A stretch of 43,650 nucleotides of DNA, from IMG/VR virus record IMGVR_UViG_3300044677_000024, positions 1-43,650 of that record; one strand, given 5' to 3'. A program made the position numbers and the translations under genes. This DNA is from a virus. Its lineage: Duplodnaviria; Caudoviricetes. Shown here one piece after another: positions 1-8,981 of this stretch (position 1 is the stretch's first letter; each line of letters begins with the position of its first letter). The notes beneath the pieces were generated by a model that worked only from the letters and a program-made list of their open reading frames with translations, made no database searches and had not been told where the DNA came from.

Positions 1-15
1 AAATCGACGAGCGAT
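1..15. repeat. Terminal direct repeat, left copy (AAATCGACGAGCGAT)
   Basis: Identical to 43636-43650; lies between HNH gene and terS, where cos sites usually sit. Confidence 0.9.
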
Positions 16-138
16 CGCGTGTTTATGCGTTTAAAGCAGCGCCCGAAATGAGCAAGCTGCGTCAATTCGACTGGGGGAGGGGCTCGTTTCCGCGATTTAC
101 ATCAAGACGCAGGCCTGGGTTTCGGGTAATTTCGCTGC

Positions 139-630
139 ATGAGAGGCCGAAAACCGAAACCAGCACATCTTCGCCTGATCGACGGCCGCACCCATCACGG
201 CTCTGCGGCGGAAATGGCGCCGCAGATTGTTGTCGACGGGGAATTGTCCGGACCACCCGACTGGTTCAAGCCGCCGCATCGCCTGATGTGGGATCACCTT
301 CAGCGATCGGCGCCGAGCGGGATGCTCACCGAACTCGACCGGCAGCTCGTGGTCGACTACTGCATGACGGCGGTTGCCTACAACGAGTGCGCCGTCCAGG
401 TCGCGGAGCTCGGCGTCGTGGTAAAGGCGCCTCGCCGCGGCACTGCCATGATTTCGCCATTCTGGTACGAGATGAAGGCGGCAGGGGATCGGCTCGGCAA
501 GATAGGCGACCGAATAGGGCTCTCGCCAGTTGCGCGCGGTCGCGTGAAGGCGCCCAGTGCCAAAAGTAGATCCTCGAACACATTCGCGAACCTCCGAAAG
601 TTCCAGCTCAAGGAAAAGCGGCCGAAGTGA
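139..630 (+). CDS. terS: Terminase small subunit, P27 family
   Basis: MRGRKPKP N-terminus, GMLTELDR..YC and IGLSPVARGR motifs; directly upstream of terL. Confidence 0.9.
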   Translation: MRGRKPKPAHLRLIDGRTHHGSAAEMAPQIVVDGELSGPPDWFKPPHRLMWDHLQRSAPSGMLTELDRQLVVDYCMTAVAYNECAVQVAELGVVVKAPRRGTAMISPFWYEMKAAGDRLGKIGDRIGLSPVARGRVKAPSAKSRSSNTFANLRKFQLKEKRPK

Positions 631-2323
631 TTTCGTATCGGTGGCGATTGCCTATGCGGAAACCGCGATCGATGATAAAAGACAGCGCACGCATGGCAAG
701 TGGCTGCGCCTGGCGGCGAGAAGATTCTTACGCGATTTGAAGCATGTCCGCACGCGACGCCCCCGGTTTTATTTCTCGCCGGAATGGGCCAATGCGATGT
801 GTGGTTTCGTCGAATGCCTGCCGCATGTGGAAGGCGTGTGGGAAACGCCGCACATCGTATTGCATCCCAGCCAAGTGTTTTTCATCGTGCAATTATTCGG
901 CTTTCGCGCGCTCGATGGGACTCGCCGGTTCACGACCGCGGTCCTGGCGGAAGCGCGCAAGAACGCCAAGTCGACGACCGCGGCTGGAATTTTACTCGGC
1001 GCGTATTGCATGGAGGACGAGCAGGGTGCGCAGGTCGTATCGGCGGCGACGACCGGATCCCAAGCACGCATCATTTTCAACGTTGCGCGGCGCATGGTTG
1101 AACTCACCGAGGATCTGCGCAGCGAATTCGATTTGGAAGTCTTTGCCTCCAACATCCCGCGCTATGAAATTGGCGGCCAGTTTAAGCCGATCAATTCGAA
1201 GGCCTCGACGCAGGACGGCCTAAACCCCAGCCACGTCTCGCTCGATGAAATCCACGCGCACAAGACACACGATCTGTTGAACGTGCTGCGCTCAGCCGCC
1301 GGCGCACGCAAGTCGCCGCTGTTTTTGTACACGACGACCGAAGGATACGAATCGCCCGGGCCATGGTCTGAGATTCGCCAAATGTGCATGTCGGTGCTGG
1401 AAGGCACGGTCGAGGCTGACCATTTCTTAGCTCTGTACTTCGCGGTCGACGATGAGGATGGGGATTTCGATGAGGATTGCTGGAAGAAGGCGAACCCACT
1501 GTGGGATGTGAACCCCATGCTCATGACCGAGATTCGAAAACTCGCCATCGAAGCTCAGTCTATGCCGGGAGCACTCGCCGAATTTCGCATCAAGCGCCTC
1601 AATCGCAGGGCTTCTGCCGCTCTTGGCTGGACGAATTTGACCCGCTGGCGCGCCTGTTCGGGCGGCTTCGAGCTTGCCGATATGCAGGGTGTGGACTGCT
1701 GGGCGGCATTCGATCTGGCCTCCACGACCGACATGGTCGCCTGGCGTCTCTTGTGGCGGATAGATGCTTGCTACTACACTTGGGGCCGCTTTTGGGTGCC
1801 ATGCGAAGCCGTAGCGCATCGCACCGAGCGCAAATCCGTCAACTATGCCGGGTGGGTTCAGGCCGGATTCGTCTCGCAATGCGAGGGAGCGACCATCGAC
1901 TATGGCGACATCAAACGCGATATTTTGGCTGATATCCACCGATTCAGCCCGAAGATGATCGCCTACGATCCGTGGAATGCGAGCTCGCTCGTCAACGATC
2001 TGATCGAAGAGGGTGTCCCTGCCGCGACTCCCGATGACAACCAAGGCCTCATCCAGTTTATCCAGGGCCCGAAGAGCTTCAATCCCGCGATGAAGCTCTG
2101 TGAGACCGCCTACCTCAACGGCAATCTGCGCCATGGTGGCGACCCTGTCTTGACCTGGCACATGGCGAACGTGGTCCCGACGTACGATTCGAACATGAAC
2201 ATTAAGCCCAACAAGCAGCGCTCGCCCGATAAGATCGATGGTGCGGTGGCGCTCTTCATGGCCTTCGGGTGCGCCGCGCTCGATCAACCGGTTGAGGCCA
2301 ATTACAATCTGGTGATCGCATGA
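557..2323 (+). CDS. terL: Terminase large subunit
   Basis: Walker A-like ARKNAKST, Walker B LDEIH, nuclease motifs FDLASTTD and KIDGAVA; start uncertain (GTG 557 or 641). Confidence 0.95.
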   Translation: MPKVDPRTHSRTSESSSSRKSGRSDFVSVAIAYAETAIDDKRQRTHGKWLRLAARRFLRDLKHVRTRRPRFYFSPEWANAMCGFVECLPHVEGVWETPHIVLHPSQVFFIVQLFGFRALDGTRRFTTAVLAEARKNAKSTTAAGILLGAYCMEDEQGAQVVSAATTGSQARIIFNVARRMVELTEDLRSEFDLEVFASNIPRYEIGGQFKPINSKASTQDGLNPSHVSLDEIHAHKTHDLLNVLRSAAGARKSPLFLYTTTEGYESPGPWSEIRQMCMSVLEGTVEADHFLALYFAVDDEDGDFDEDCWKKANPLWDVNPMLMTEIRKLAIEAQSMPGALAEFRIKRLNRRASAALGWTNLTRWRACSGGFELADMQGVDCWAAFDLASTTDMVAWRLLWRIDACYYTWGRFWVPCEAVAHRTERKSVNYAGWVQAGFVSQCEGATIDYGDIKRDILADIHRFSPKMIAYDPWNASSLVNDLIEEGVPAATPDDNQGLIQFIQGPKSFNPAMKLCETAYLNGNLRHGGDPVLTWHMANVVPTYDSNMNIKPNKQRSPDKIDGAVALFMAFGCAALDQPVEANYNLVIA

Positions 2324-3882
2324 CGCCTGCCGGCCTTCGGGCCAAAGCGGCGGAAATCTATCGCGGCCTCTTCGATTTCAGCGCCGGTACCATCCAGCGC
2401 GGGTTCTTTCCGGGCGCGGTCGGCGGCCAAGCGGCGCCCCCGATCAACGCGGTCGGCTCGCAATCGGGTCAGGAAATCAGCCCGGGATCAATGCTGGCGG
2501 TGAGCGCCGCCTGGGCCTGCACCTGGCTGATCGCGGACACGATTTCGACGTTGCCGTTTATCCTCAATCAGCGCGAGGGCAACAATTCGTACGGCGCGCC
2601 GGCGTTCGATAACCCGCTCTATACGGTGTTGGGTCAGCGGCCGAACACCTACATGCCGTCCGCCGAATTTTGGCAATACATCGTCGCGAGCGAGCTCCTG
2701 TGGGGCTCCGGCTACTCCGAGAAGACGCTCAACGGCAAAGGCGATGTGATTTCGCTGCAGCCGCTGCTCTCGCAGTGGATGACGCCGTACAAATTACCTT
2801 CGGGCGAGCTGCGCTATCGATATCAGCCAGGATTCGCGTCGGAACCCCTAGAGGACTACTCCCAGGCGCAGATTTTCCACATCAAAGATCGCACATTGGA
2901 CGGAATCACGGGCCTGTCGCGCATCCAATACGGTCGAAATTCGATGGGCATCGCGCAGTCCGTGGAGCGAGCGACCGGCGATACCTTCAAAAACGGCATG
3001 CGGATGGGCGGCTTTGTCACCAATACCAAGCCGCTGACCGAGAAGCAGCGCGAGGAAATCCGTGGATCTCTGCGCAAATTCAAGATAGGCGGCGAAGATG
3101 CAGCCGGTTTCATGGTGCTAGAGGCAGGAATGGGCTTCGAAGCACTCACCATGAACCCGCAGGACTCCCAATTGCTCGCCTCGCGCCAATTTTCCGTCGA
3201 GGACGTCTGTCGTTGGTTCGGCGTGCCGCCCGTCTTGATCGGCCACGGCGCGCCCGGGGTCACGACCTGGGGAACAGGCGTCGAGCAGCTGCTGATCGGG
3301 TTTGTATCGCTCACCTTGCGGCCCTACGTGCGAAAGCTCGAGCAGTCCGTGCAATTCTCCCTGCTGAAGCCCGCAGATCGATCGACCGTGTACCTCACCA
3401 TCGACACGGACGACCTAATGGGCGCTGATTCGACCGCGCGCGCGGCGCTGTACTCGACTTACTCCCAAAACGGCATCATGACGCGCAACGAAATCCGCGC
3501 GAAAGAGGATTTGGCGCCCAAAGCCGGGGGCGATGTGCTCACGGTGCAGTCGAATCTGGTGCCAATCGAGAAGTTGGGGCAGGCGCCGCCGGCACAAGGC
3601 CTGCCGCTCAAGCCCGCCGAAAAGCCGCAAGACGACACGCAGCTGCCGCTTTCATCCGCCGATAAGTCGCTGCGCAAGGCGGTGAAGCGCCAATTGCGGC
3701 GCGAGGAACGCGAGAAAGAGCGTGCTGCATTCGCCGACCAGGTCGCCGATGCGCTGAAGGCAAAAATATTGAGCGCAATGCAGGAAGATCGCAAACAGGC
3801 CACAGTGCGTAACGTGTTCCAGATTGACGGCGATCCAAAATCGGCGGCGAGGAAATTTAAGCGGCTGCAAATCACTGAGTAA
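2320..3882 (+). CDS. Portal protein, HK97 family, with C-terminal extension
   Basis: IFHIK..DGITGLS, VLEAGM, CRWFGVPP, GIMTRNEIRAKE motifs; ATGA-coupled to terL. Confidence 0.95.
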   Translation: MTPAGLRAKAAEIYRGLFDFSAGTIQRGFFPGAVGGQAAPPINAVGSQSGQEISPGSMLAVSAAWACTWLIADTISTLPFILNQREGNNSYGAPAFDNPLYTVLGQRPNTYMPSAEFWQYIVASELLWGSGYSEKTLNGKGDVISLQPLLSQWMTPYKLPSGELRYRYQPGFASEPLEDYSQAQIFHIKDRTLDGITGLSRIQYGRNSMGIAQSVERATGDTFKNGMRMGGFVTNTKPLTEKQREEIRGSLRKFKIGGEDAAGFMVLEAGMGFEALTMNPQDSQLLASRQFSVEDVCRWFGVPPVLIGHGAPGVTTWGTGVEQLLIGFVSLTLRPYVRKLEQSVQFSLLKPADRSTVYLTIDTDDLMGADSTARAALYSTYSQNGIMTRNEIRAKEDLAPKAGGDVLTVQSNLVPIEKLGQAPPAQGLPLKPAEKPQDDTQLPLSSADKSLRKAVKRQLRREEREKERAAFADQVADALKAKILSAMQEDRKQATVRNVFQIDGDPKSAARKFKRLQITE

Positions 3883-3950
3883 TCAAGTCCCTGGTTGCAT
3901 TTTGTGATTTACCGCCTATAGTCCGCGACTATCAGGATGACGGAAACGAT

Positions 3951-4667
3951 ATGAATGTCAGATACCGGCAAGTCCCCTTCAAGATCAAGCAAATTGATAA
4001 GACGGGCGAGTTTTCCGGTTACTTGAGCGTTTTCGGCAATACCGATGCTTACCGCGATGTCGTCATGCCGGGGGCATTCGACGATTCATTGGCGCAATGG
4101 GCGACTGAAGACGCGTTGCCGCCATGCCTCTGGCAGCACGGTTCTGACGATCCCATCGGCCCATTCACCAAGATTGTGCCTGACGAGAAGGGCCTGTATT
4201 GCGAGGGTGAGCTGATTTTGGACATGGTCAGCAGCTACCCCGTGTGTCCGAAAGCTCACCTCGCGTATGTGATGGCCGAAAAAAAGGTCGTCCGCGGGAT
4301 GTCGATTGGCTACACGGTCAATCCGGGCGGCGAGACCTACGACGGCAAGATGAATGTGAACCGATTGACGAGCCTGAACCTCATGGAAGGCTCCTTCGTC
4401 ACGTTCCCCGCGAATGTCGAGGCGGTCATCACGGACGTGAAATCCCGATTCGTGTCCGGCGATTTGCCTTCCTTGAAAGAATTCGAGAGCTCACTGCGTG
4501 ACGCTTTGAGCTGTAGTCGAGATGATGCCCACGTGATTGCCACCCGTGGCTTCGTGAAATTGCTTGAACTGCGTGACGCAGACAAGAAGCAGATCGATGT
4601 TGAAAACGACGTCGATTCGGTATTGGCAGCAATACGGACTTTTTGTCATGCATCACACCCAGTTTAG
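3951..4667 (+). CDS. Prohead maturation protease, HK97 family
   Basis: FSGYLSVFGN.D.Y.D, LWQH, GMSIGY, EGSFVTFPAN motifs. Confidence 0.95.
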   Translation: MNVRYRQVPFKIKQIDKTGEFSGYLSVFGNTDAYRDVVMPGAFDDSLAQWATEDALPPCLWQHGSDDPIGPFTKIVPDEKGLYCEGELILDMVSSYPVCPKAHLAYVMAEKKVVRGMSIGYTVNPGGETYDGKMNVNRLTSLNLMEGSFVTFPANVEAVITDVKSRFVSGDLPSLKEFESSLRDALSCSRDDAHVIATRGFVKLLELRDADKKQIDVENDVDSVLAAIRTFCHASHPV

Positions 4668-4679
4668 GAGCAATTTCCC

Positions 4680-5936
4680 ATGGAAAATCCCAATCCTGCG
4701 CTTCAGCAGGCGATCTCGGCTGAGCTAGCCAAGCACTTCGATAAGGTCAAAGAGGTCATCACAAAGACCGAAACTGACCTGAAGCAATACAAGGAAATTC
4801 AGGACGGCACCAAGCAGGCCGTTGCCGAGCTGAACACGTCCGGCCAAAAGATCATCTCGGATCTGGCGAAGCAGAAGGCAGACAGTGACGCCCGCTTGCT
4901 CGATATCGAGCAAAAGCTCGCGGTCAAGGCGGATAAGTCGGCCAACCAGGAGCAAAAATCGCTGGGCCGCATGGTCCTCGAGTCGGAGGATTTCAAGGCA
5001 TTTGCCGAGCAGGCCTCCTCGACGCAGGCCAACGTACGCATGAAGAACCGCTTTGGCGTCAAGGCGATCACGGCAGCGACAATCGTCAGCACACCGGGCT
5101 CCGCCGGTGCCGGCATATTTCCGCAATATTTGCCGACTCCGGTGATTCCGAATTTCCAGCCTCTCGCGATCCGTGACTTGCTGGGCTCGGGCACCACGAA
5201 TTCGAACCTCATTTTCTGGCTGCAGGAAAATCTGTTCGTCAACAATGCCGGCTATCAGGGCTCGGACGGCAACGTCAAGCCGCAATCTACCATCAACTAC
5301 GTGAATCAGAATATTCCCGTGGAGACGATCGGTCACTGGTTCCGCGTCTCCAAACAGGCCTTGTCTGATTTCCCGATGCTCGAGACGCTGATCAACAACC
5401 GAGGCACGTGGGGGCTCAAGTTCGCCGAAGAGCAGGAATTGCTCTACGGCTCCGGTGCCGCGGGTCATATCCACGGTCTCATCGCTCAGGCGACCGTGTA
5501 TAACGGCGGCTTCGCGGCCAATGACACCAAGATCGACACGATCCGCAAGGCGATGTTGCAGGCCGCTCTCGCGTTCTACCCGTCGACGGGTATCGCGCTG
5601 TCGCCGGGCGATTGGTCCGACATTCAGCTGACCAAGGACAGCCAGCACCGGTACATCTGGGCGAATCCGCTGCAGATGGGCCCCGGCATGCTGTGGGGGT
5701 TGCCGGTGGCGGAGTGCTTCAGCATGCAGCGCGGTGATTTCATCGTGGGCGCGTTGAAGCTGGCGGCGACGGTATTCGATCGCGAGCAGGCATCAGTATT
5801 GATCAGCACCGAGGACCAGGACAACGTGGTTCGTAACCTGGTGACGATGCTGTTCGAAGAGCGTCTGGCTCTCGCGGTTAGTCGTCCGCAGGCGATCATC
5901 TATGGCGACTTCCAAGCTGGCCAGACCGGGCTCTAA
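4680..5936 (+). CDS. Major capsid protein, HK97 fold with N-terminal coiled-coil delta domain
   Basis: N-terminal coiled coil; LWGLPV and N.VTMLFEERLAL motifs; AGGAG RBS; position after protease. Confidence 0.95.
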   Translation: MENPNPALQQAISAELAKHFDKVKEVITKTETDLKQYKEIQDGTKQAVAELNTSGQKIISDLAKQKADSDARLLDIEQKLAVKADKSANQEQKSLGRMVLESEDFKAFAEQASSTQANVRMKNRFGVKAITAATIVSTPGSAGAGIFPQYLPTPVIPNFQPLAIRDLLGSGTTNSNLIFWLQENLFVNNAGYQGSDGNVKPQSTINYVNQNIPVETIGHWFRVSKQALSDFPMLETLINNRGTWGLKFAEEQELLYGSGAAGHIHGLIAQATVYNGGFAANDTKIDTIRKAMLQAALAFYPSTGIALSPGDWSDIQLTKDSQHRYIWANPLQMGPGMLWGLPVAECFSMQRGDFIVGALKLAATVFDREQASVLISTEDQDNVVRNLVTMLFEERLALAVSRPQAIIYGDFQAGQTGL

Positions 5937-5962
5937 AGGGTTAGTCCTTTTGACCGGTAGGG

Positions 5963-6002
5963 AGCCGCGAGCGAGATATACGGATCTCGCCCGCGGCTTT
6001 TC
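5963..6002 (+). terminator. Probable rho-independent terminator after the capsid gene
   Basis: AGCCGCG-A-GCGAGAT...ATCTCGC-C-CGCGGCT stem followed by a short T tract. Confidence 0.65.
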
Positions 6003-6028
6003 TGGAAGAGAGATTGGAGGTCGTAAGC

Positions 6029-6343
6029 ATGCAGTGCAGGGCGCGCAAAGTTTTTAAAAGCGAATACGGCATGATGCGCATTGGGAACATTTTTACCTGC
6101 GAGCCATCGCTCGCCAAAGAGTACGCACGGCTCGGCAATATCGAGATTCTGCCGGATAAATTCGGTGATGACCGACGCACGCAGGCGCTCAGCGCAGCGC
6201 CGCGCATCAAAGAGGGAAAAGAATTGCCGACGGAAAACCCGCCGCCGTCGTCAAACCTAACTATGGCGGACTCCAAGGCCGCTGGGCTGACCACGATGCC
6301 GTCTGCATCGCCTCGGGTCCCTCGCTCACGAAGGAGGACGTAG
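6029..6343 (+). CDS. Small post-capsid protein (104 aa); zero-frame product and N-terminal donor for a -1 frameshift fusion
   Basis: GGAGG RBS at 6016-6020, ATG 6029; contains in-frame G GGA AAA at 6214-6220. Confidence 0.75.
   Translation: MQCRARKVFKSEYGMMRIGNIFTCEPSLAKEYARLGNIEILPDKFGDDRRTQALSAAPRIKEGKELPTENPPPSSNLTMADSKAAGLTTMPSASPRVPRSRRRT
6214..6269 (+). other. Putative programmed -1 frameshift signal: slippery heptamer plus H-type pseudoknot
   Basis: G GGA AAA in the zero frame; 7-nt spacer; stem 1 CGACGG 6228-6233 with CCGTCG 6245-6250; stem 2 CCGCCG 6239-6244 with TGGCGG 6264-6269. Confidence 0.8.
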
Positions 6344-6897
6344 ATTTTGTCCGAGGCAAAGCCAAAGTCATCGTCGTCAACACGAGTTTCAGGCTCGTGC
6401 CCTGGGCGGACGTGCTCTATGCCTGCGATGCGAGCTGGTGGATCCACTATTTCGCCGAGGCCGCGGGCGTCATGGGACCGGCGGAAATGTGGACCTGCGC
6501 GGCGCGCGCGCGCGATCAGTTCCACCTCAACTATATTTTTGGCAGCCCCATGAAGGGCCTGTCCAAGAGAACGGATCAGATTCACACGGGATACAACTCG
6601 GGGTACCAGGCGATTGGCCTCGCGTATCTCTGGGGCGCGAAACGGATTCGGCTCTTGGGCTTTGACATGATGCGGTCCGGCGGCAAGACGCATTGGCATG
6701 GGGATCACCCGAAACAGCTTGGCAATGGCGGGCGCTTTCACGACTGGTGCAAGCAGATGGCGCCCCTCGCGGCGGACGCCAAGGAGGCCGGCGTCGAGAT
6801 CATCAACTGCTCGCGCAAAACCGCGTTGACGTGCTTTCCCAGATTATCGATTCAGGAGGCGCTATGCCCCGTCGCGAACTTAGCCCAGGCGTCGTAA
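6220..6897 (+). CDS. Glycosyltransferase-like domain (DUF115/MptE-like, Maf/sialyltransferase-type fold), -1 frame portion of the fusion
   Basis: VCIASGPSL..VIVVN..ADVLYACD..NSGYQAIGLAYLWGAKRIRLLGFDM..HWHG; frame open from 6172 but first ATG/GTG/TTG is at 6397, after the GPSL motif. Confidence 0.75.
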   Translation, partial: RIADGKPAAVVKPNYGGLQGRWADHDAVCIASGPSLTKEDVDFVRGKAKVIVVNTSFRLVPWADVLYACDASWWIHYFAEAAGVMGPAEMWTCAARARDQFHLNYIFGSPMKGLSKRTDQIHTGYNSGYQAIGLAYLWGAKRIRLLGFDMMRSGGKTHWHGDHPKQLGNGGRFHDWCKQMAPLAADAKEAGVEIINCSRKTALTCFPRLSIQEALCPVANLAQAS

Positions 6898-7067
6898 CAG
6901 ACGATCCGCCGATCGATGACAGCGAGCCGGTACCGGTGAGCGAAGCCTTCACCGGCGTCGTGGATCCGGCTGCGATTCATGATAAGCCGCCTTACTACCC
7001 GCCGATGGGCACGCCGGAGCACGACGCGCTCTTTGGCGGCAATCTCTCGAAGCGGCCATGCAAATAG
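6864..7067 (+). CDS. Small Pro/Asp-rich hypothetical protein (67 aa)
   Basis: AGGAGG RBS at 6854-6859, ATG 6864; overlaps both neighbours. Confidence 0.55.
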   Translation: MPRRELSPGVVTDDPPIDDSEPVPVSEAFTGVVDPAAIHDKPPYYPPMGTPEHDALFGGNLSKRPCK

Positions 7068-7192
7068 CGGAGCAACACACATTCCTGCGCATTCGGACGC
7101 GGCGCGTGTTCAAGGTGCGCGGCTGGGTGGGATTTTGGATCATCAAGTTGGGTCTGTGGGTGGCGGGCGCGCAGGCGGAGTCGGCGCAATGA
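7058..7192 (+). CDS. Small hypothetical protein (44 aa, MQIAEQHTFLRIRTRRVFKVRGWVGFWIIKLGLWVAG...)
   Basis: Read by hand; fills the gap and is ATGA-coupled to the next gene. Confidence 0.45.
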   Translation: MQIAEQHTFLRIRTRRVFKVRGWVGFWIIKLGLWVAGAQAESAQ

Positions 7193-8349
7193 GCTATCCC
7201 GCCATACTCACCGAGGATGCAACGCTCGAGCTATGCAGCACCCAGTCGATTGCCCGGTTTGGGGATGGGGAGTGGCGCTGCGCAGTCGGTGGCGGCTGCA
7301 CCTCGCAGCGACCGGACAAGAAGCTCGCTCAGGAGCTCCAAGGCATCCTTCGCAAGCCCAATGGCTGTACGGTGGCGCTGCCGAATCCCTTCAACGGCTG
7401 TCCGCGGCGCGAGAGCTGGATCCGCTATACGCAGCCGCAATACACGCAGCATCTTGGCGCAAAAACCTACGGCTCGGCCTTCATCACCCGCCCGGATAAC
7501 GCGCCGTGGATCGACCGGCCGGATTACTGGGAAAAGGTGCGTGCACTGTGGAAGGACAAGGACATCGTCTTGGTGTCGGGCGACAAGAAGTCGATTACCA
7601 CCGAGATGATGGGCGCGGAGGCCCGCAGCGTGCGCGAGGTGCACGGACCCCGCCAGCACGCCTACGCCGAAATCGACCGCATCGAGGAGGATGTCGGCAG
7701 GCCGCCGGGCACGGTGCTGATCTGTCTGGGGACCGCGGCGACGGTCCTCGCCTACCGTTTGGCCAAGAAGGGCGTGCACGCGCTCGATCTTGGGCACATC
7801 GGAATGTTTGCGCGGCACGCCGGCGCCTATCGCTACAGCCAAGACGATCTGACATCGACCGGCTACCGCGAGCAGCTCAACCAGCTGCACAAACAACGCA
7901 CCTGGGGCGCCGATGGCGCGAAGCACACCAAGGCGGTCCAGGAGATCATCGTAGAGTTCTCGCCGGCGACGATCCTCGACTATGGCTGCGGCGCCAATCG
8001 CCTGGCTGAATCTCTCGCGCCGATCCGCGTCTCGGGCTACGACCCAGGGATCCCGGATCGCGCCAAGATGCCGAAGCCCTGCGACCTGGTCGTCTGCACA
8101 GATGTGCTCGAGCACGTGGAGCCGGAAAAGCTCGATGCGGTGCTCGATCACCTCTACCGGATCACCGGGCGTGTCGGTTACTTCGTCATCTCGACCAAGC
8201 CCGCGAACGCGGTCCTGCCGAACGGCCGAAATGCCCATCTTTCCATTCACCCGGCGGATTGGTGGAGGCAGAAGCTCATTGCCCAGGGCTGGCGCGTGGC
8301 GCGGACGAATGTCGCGAAGGATCTTTCCGTCGTGGTGCTAAAGCCGTGA
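7189..8349 (+). CDS. GT-D fold (DUF1792-like) glycosyltransferase fused to a class I SAM methyltransferase
   Basis: N-terminal SIARFGDGE and ALDLGH motifs; C-terminal ILDYGCG, GYDP, DLVVCTDVLEHVE; ATG 7189 after GGAG. Confidence 0.85.
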   Translation: MSYPAILTEDATLELCSTQSIARFGDGEWRCAVGGGCTSQRPDKKLAQELQGILRKPNGCTVALPNPFNGCPRRESWIRYTQPQYTQHLGAKTYGSAFITRPDNAPWIDRPDYWEKVRALWKDKDIVLVSGDKKSITTEMMGAEARSVREVHGPRQHAYAEIDRIEEDVGRPPGTVLICLGTAATVLAYRLAKKGVHALDLGHIGMFARHAGAYRYSQDDLTSTGYREQLNQLHKQRTWGADGAKHTKAVQEIIVEFSPATILDYGCGANRLAESLAPIRVSGYDPGIPDRAKMPKPCDLVVCTDVLEHVEPEKLDAVLDHLYRITGRVGYFVISTKPANAVLPNGRNAHLSIHPADWWRQKLIAQGWRVARTNVAKDLSVVVLKP

Positions 8350-8981
8350 GCGTCGATCGCAATATCGGGATCAACGTGCCTGGTGAGGCATACCCGTATT
8401 TGCAGATGCAGCGGGGCGCGATCTCAGACTTTGCCGCCGATTCTGCAGATACCTGGCTGCTCGCATATACGAACAGCCTGTTCAGCGAATTCGATTCGAT
8501 CGAGCCGTATCTGCCGAAGGTTTGCGAGACGATTCTCGACGTGGGTTCTGGGTTAGGCGGCATCGATGCGCTTTTGAATCAGCACTACGGTGGCGACTGC
8601 GAGATCTGCCTGCTCGATGGCGTTGACGATCACCCAATGGTCGAGTCGCACGCGAAGACGTTCAATGATATGCAAGTCGCGCGACGTTTCTTGTCGGCAA
8701 ACGGCGTGCACAGGTTCTCTTTCATCGACGCGGGCAACCCGATGCCACCGAATTTTTTTTTCGACCTGGTCGTGAGCTTTCGCTCATGGTGCTTTCACCT
8801 CGAGCCAAAGCTGTATCTCGACTTCGTGCGCCGCTACTCGATCGCCGGGGCGACGAAACTGATCGTCGATGTCAGGCGCGGCAAACCCGAATGGCTGGAA
8901 GATCTCAAGATGGGCTTTCGCCACGTCGATACGATCTATCAGGGCGCGAAATTCTCGACCTTGTTGCTGGAGGCTCGGTGA
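8346..8981 (+). CDS. Class I SAM-dependent methyltransferase
   Basis: ILDVGSGLGG motif I, FDLVVSFRSWCFH; GTGA overlap with upstream stop. Confidence 0.8.
   Translation: MSVDRNIGINVPGEAYPYLQMQRGAISDFAADSADTWLLAYTNSLFSEFDSIEPYLPKVCETILDVGSGLGGIDALLNQHYGGDCEICLLDGVDDHPMVESHAKTFNDMQVARRFLSANGVHRFSFIDAGNPMPPNFFFDLVVSFRSWCFHLEPKLYLDFVRRYSIAGATKLIVDVRRGKPEWLEDLKMGFRHVDTIYQGAKFSTLLLEAR

Noticed and set aside
6397-6897. Stand-alone 166-aa ORF starting at GTG 6397
   Set aside because: It would lack the conserved N-terminal GPSL strand and loop; the frameshift model fits better
6979-7188. N-terminal extension of the GT-D protein shown in the ORF track
   Set aside because: Region is better explained by two small coupled ORFs; ATG 7189 has an RBS and ATGA overlap
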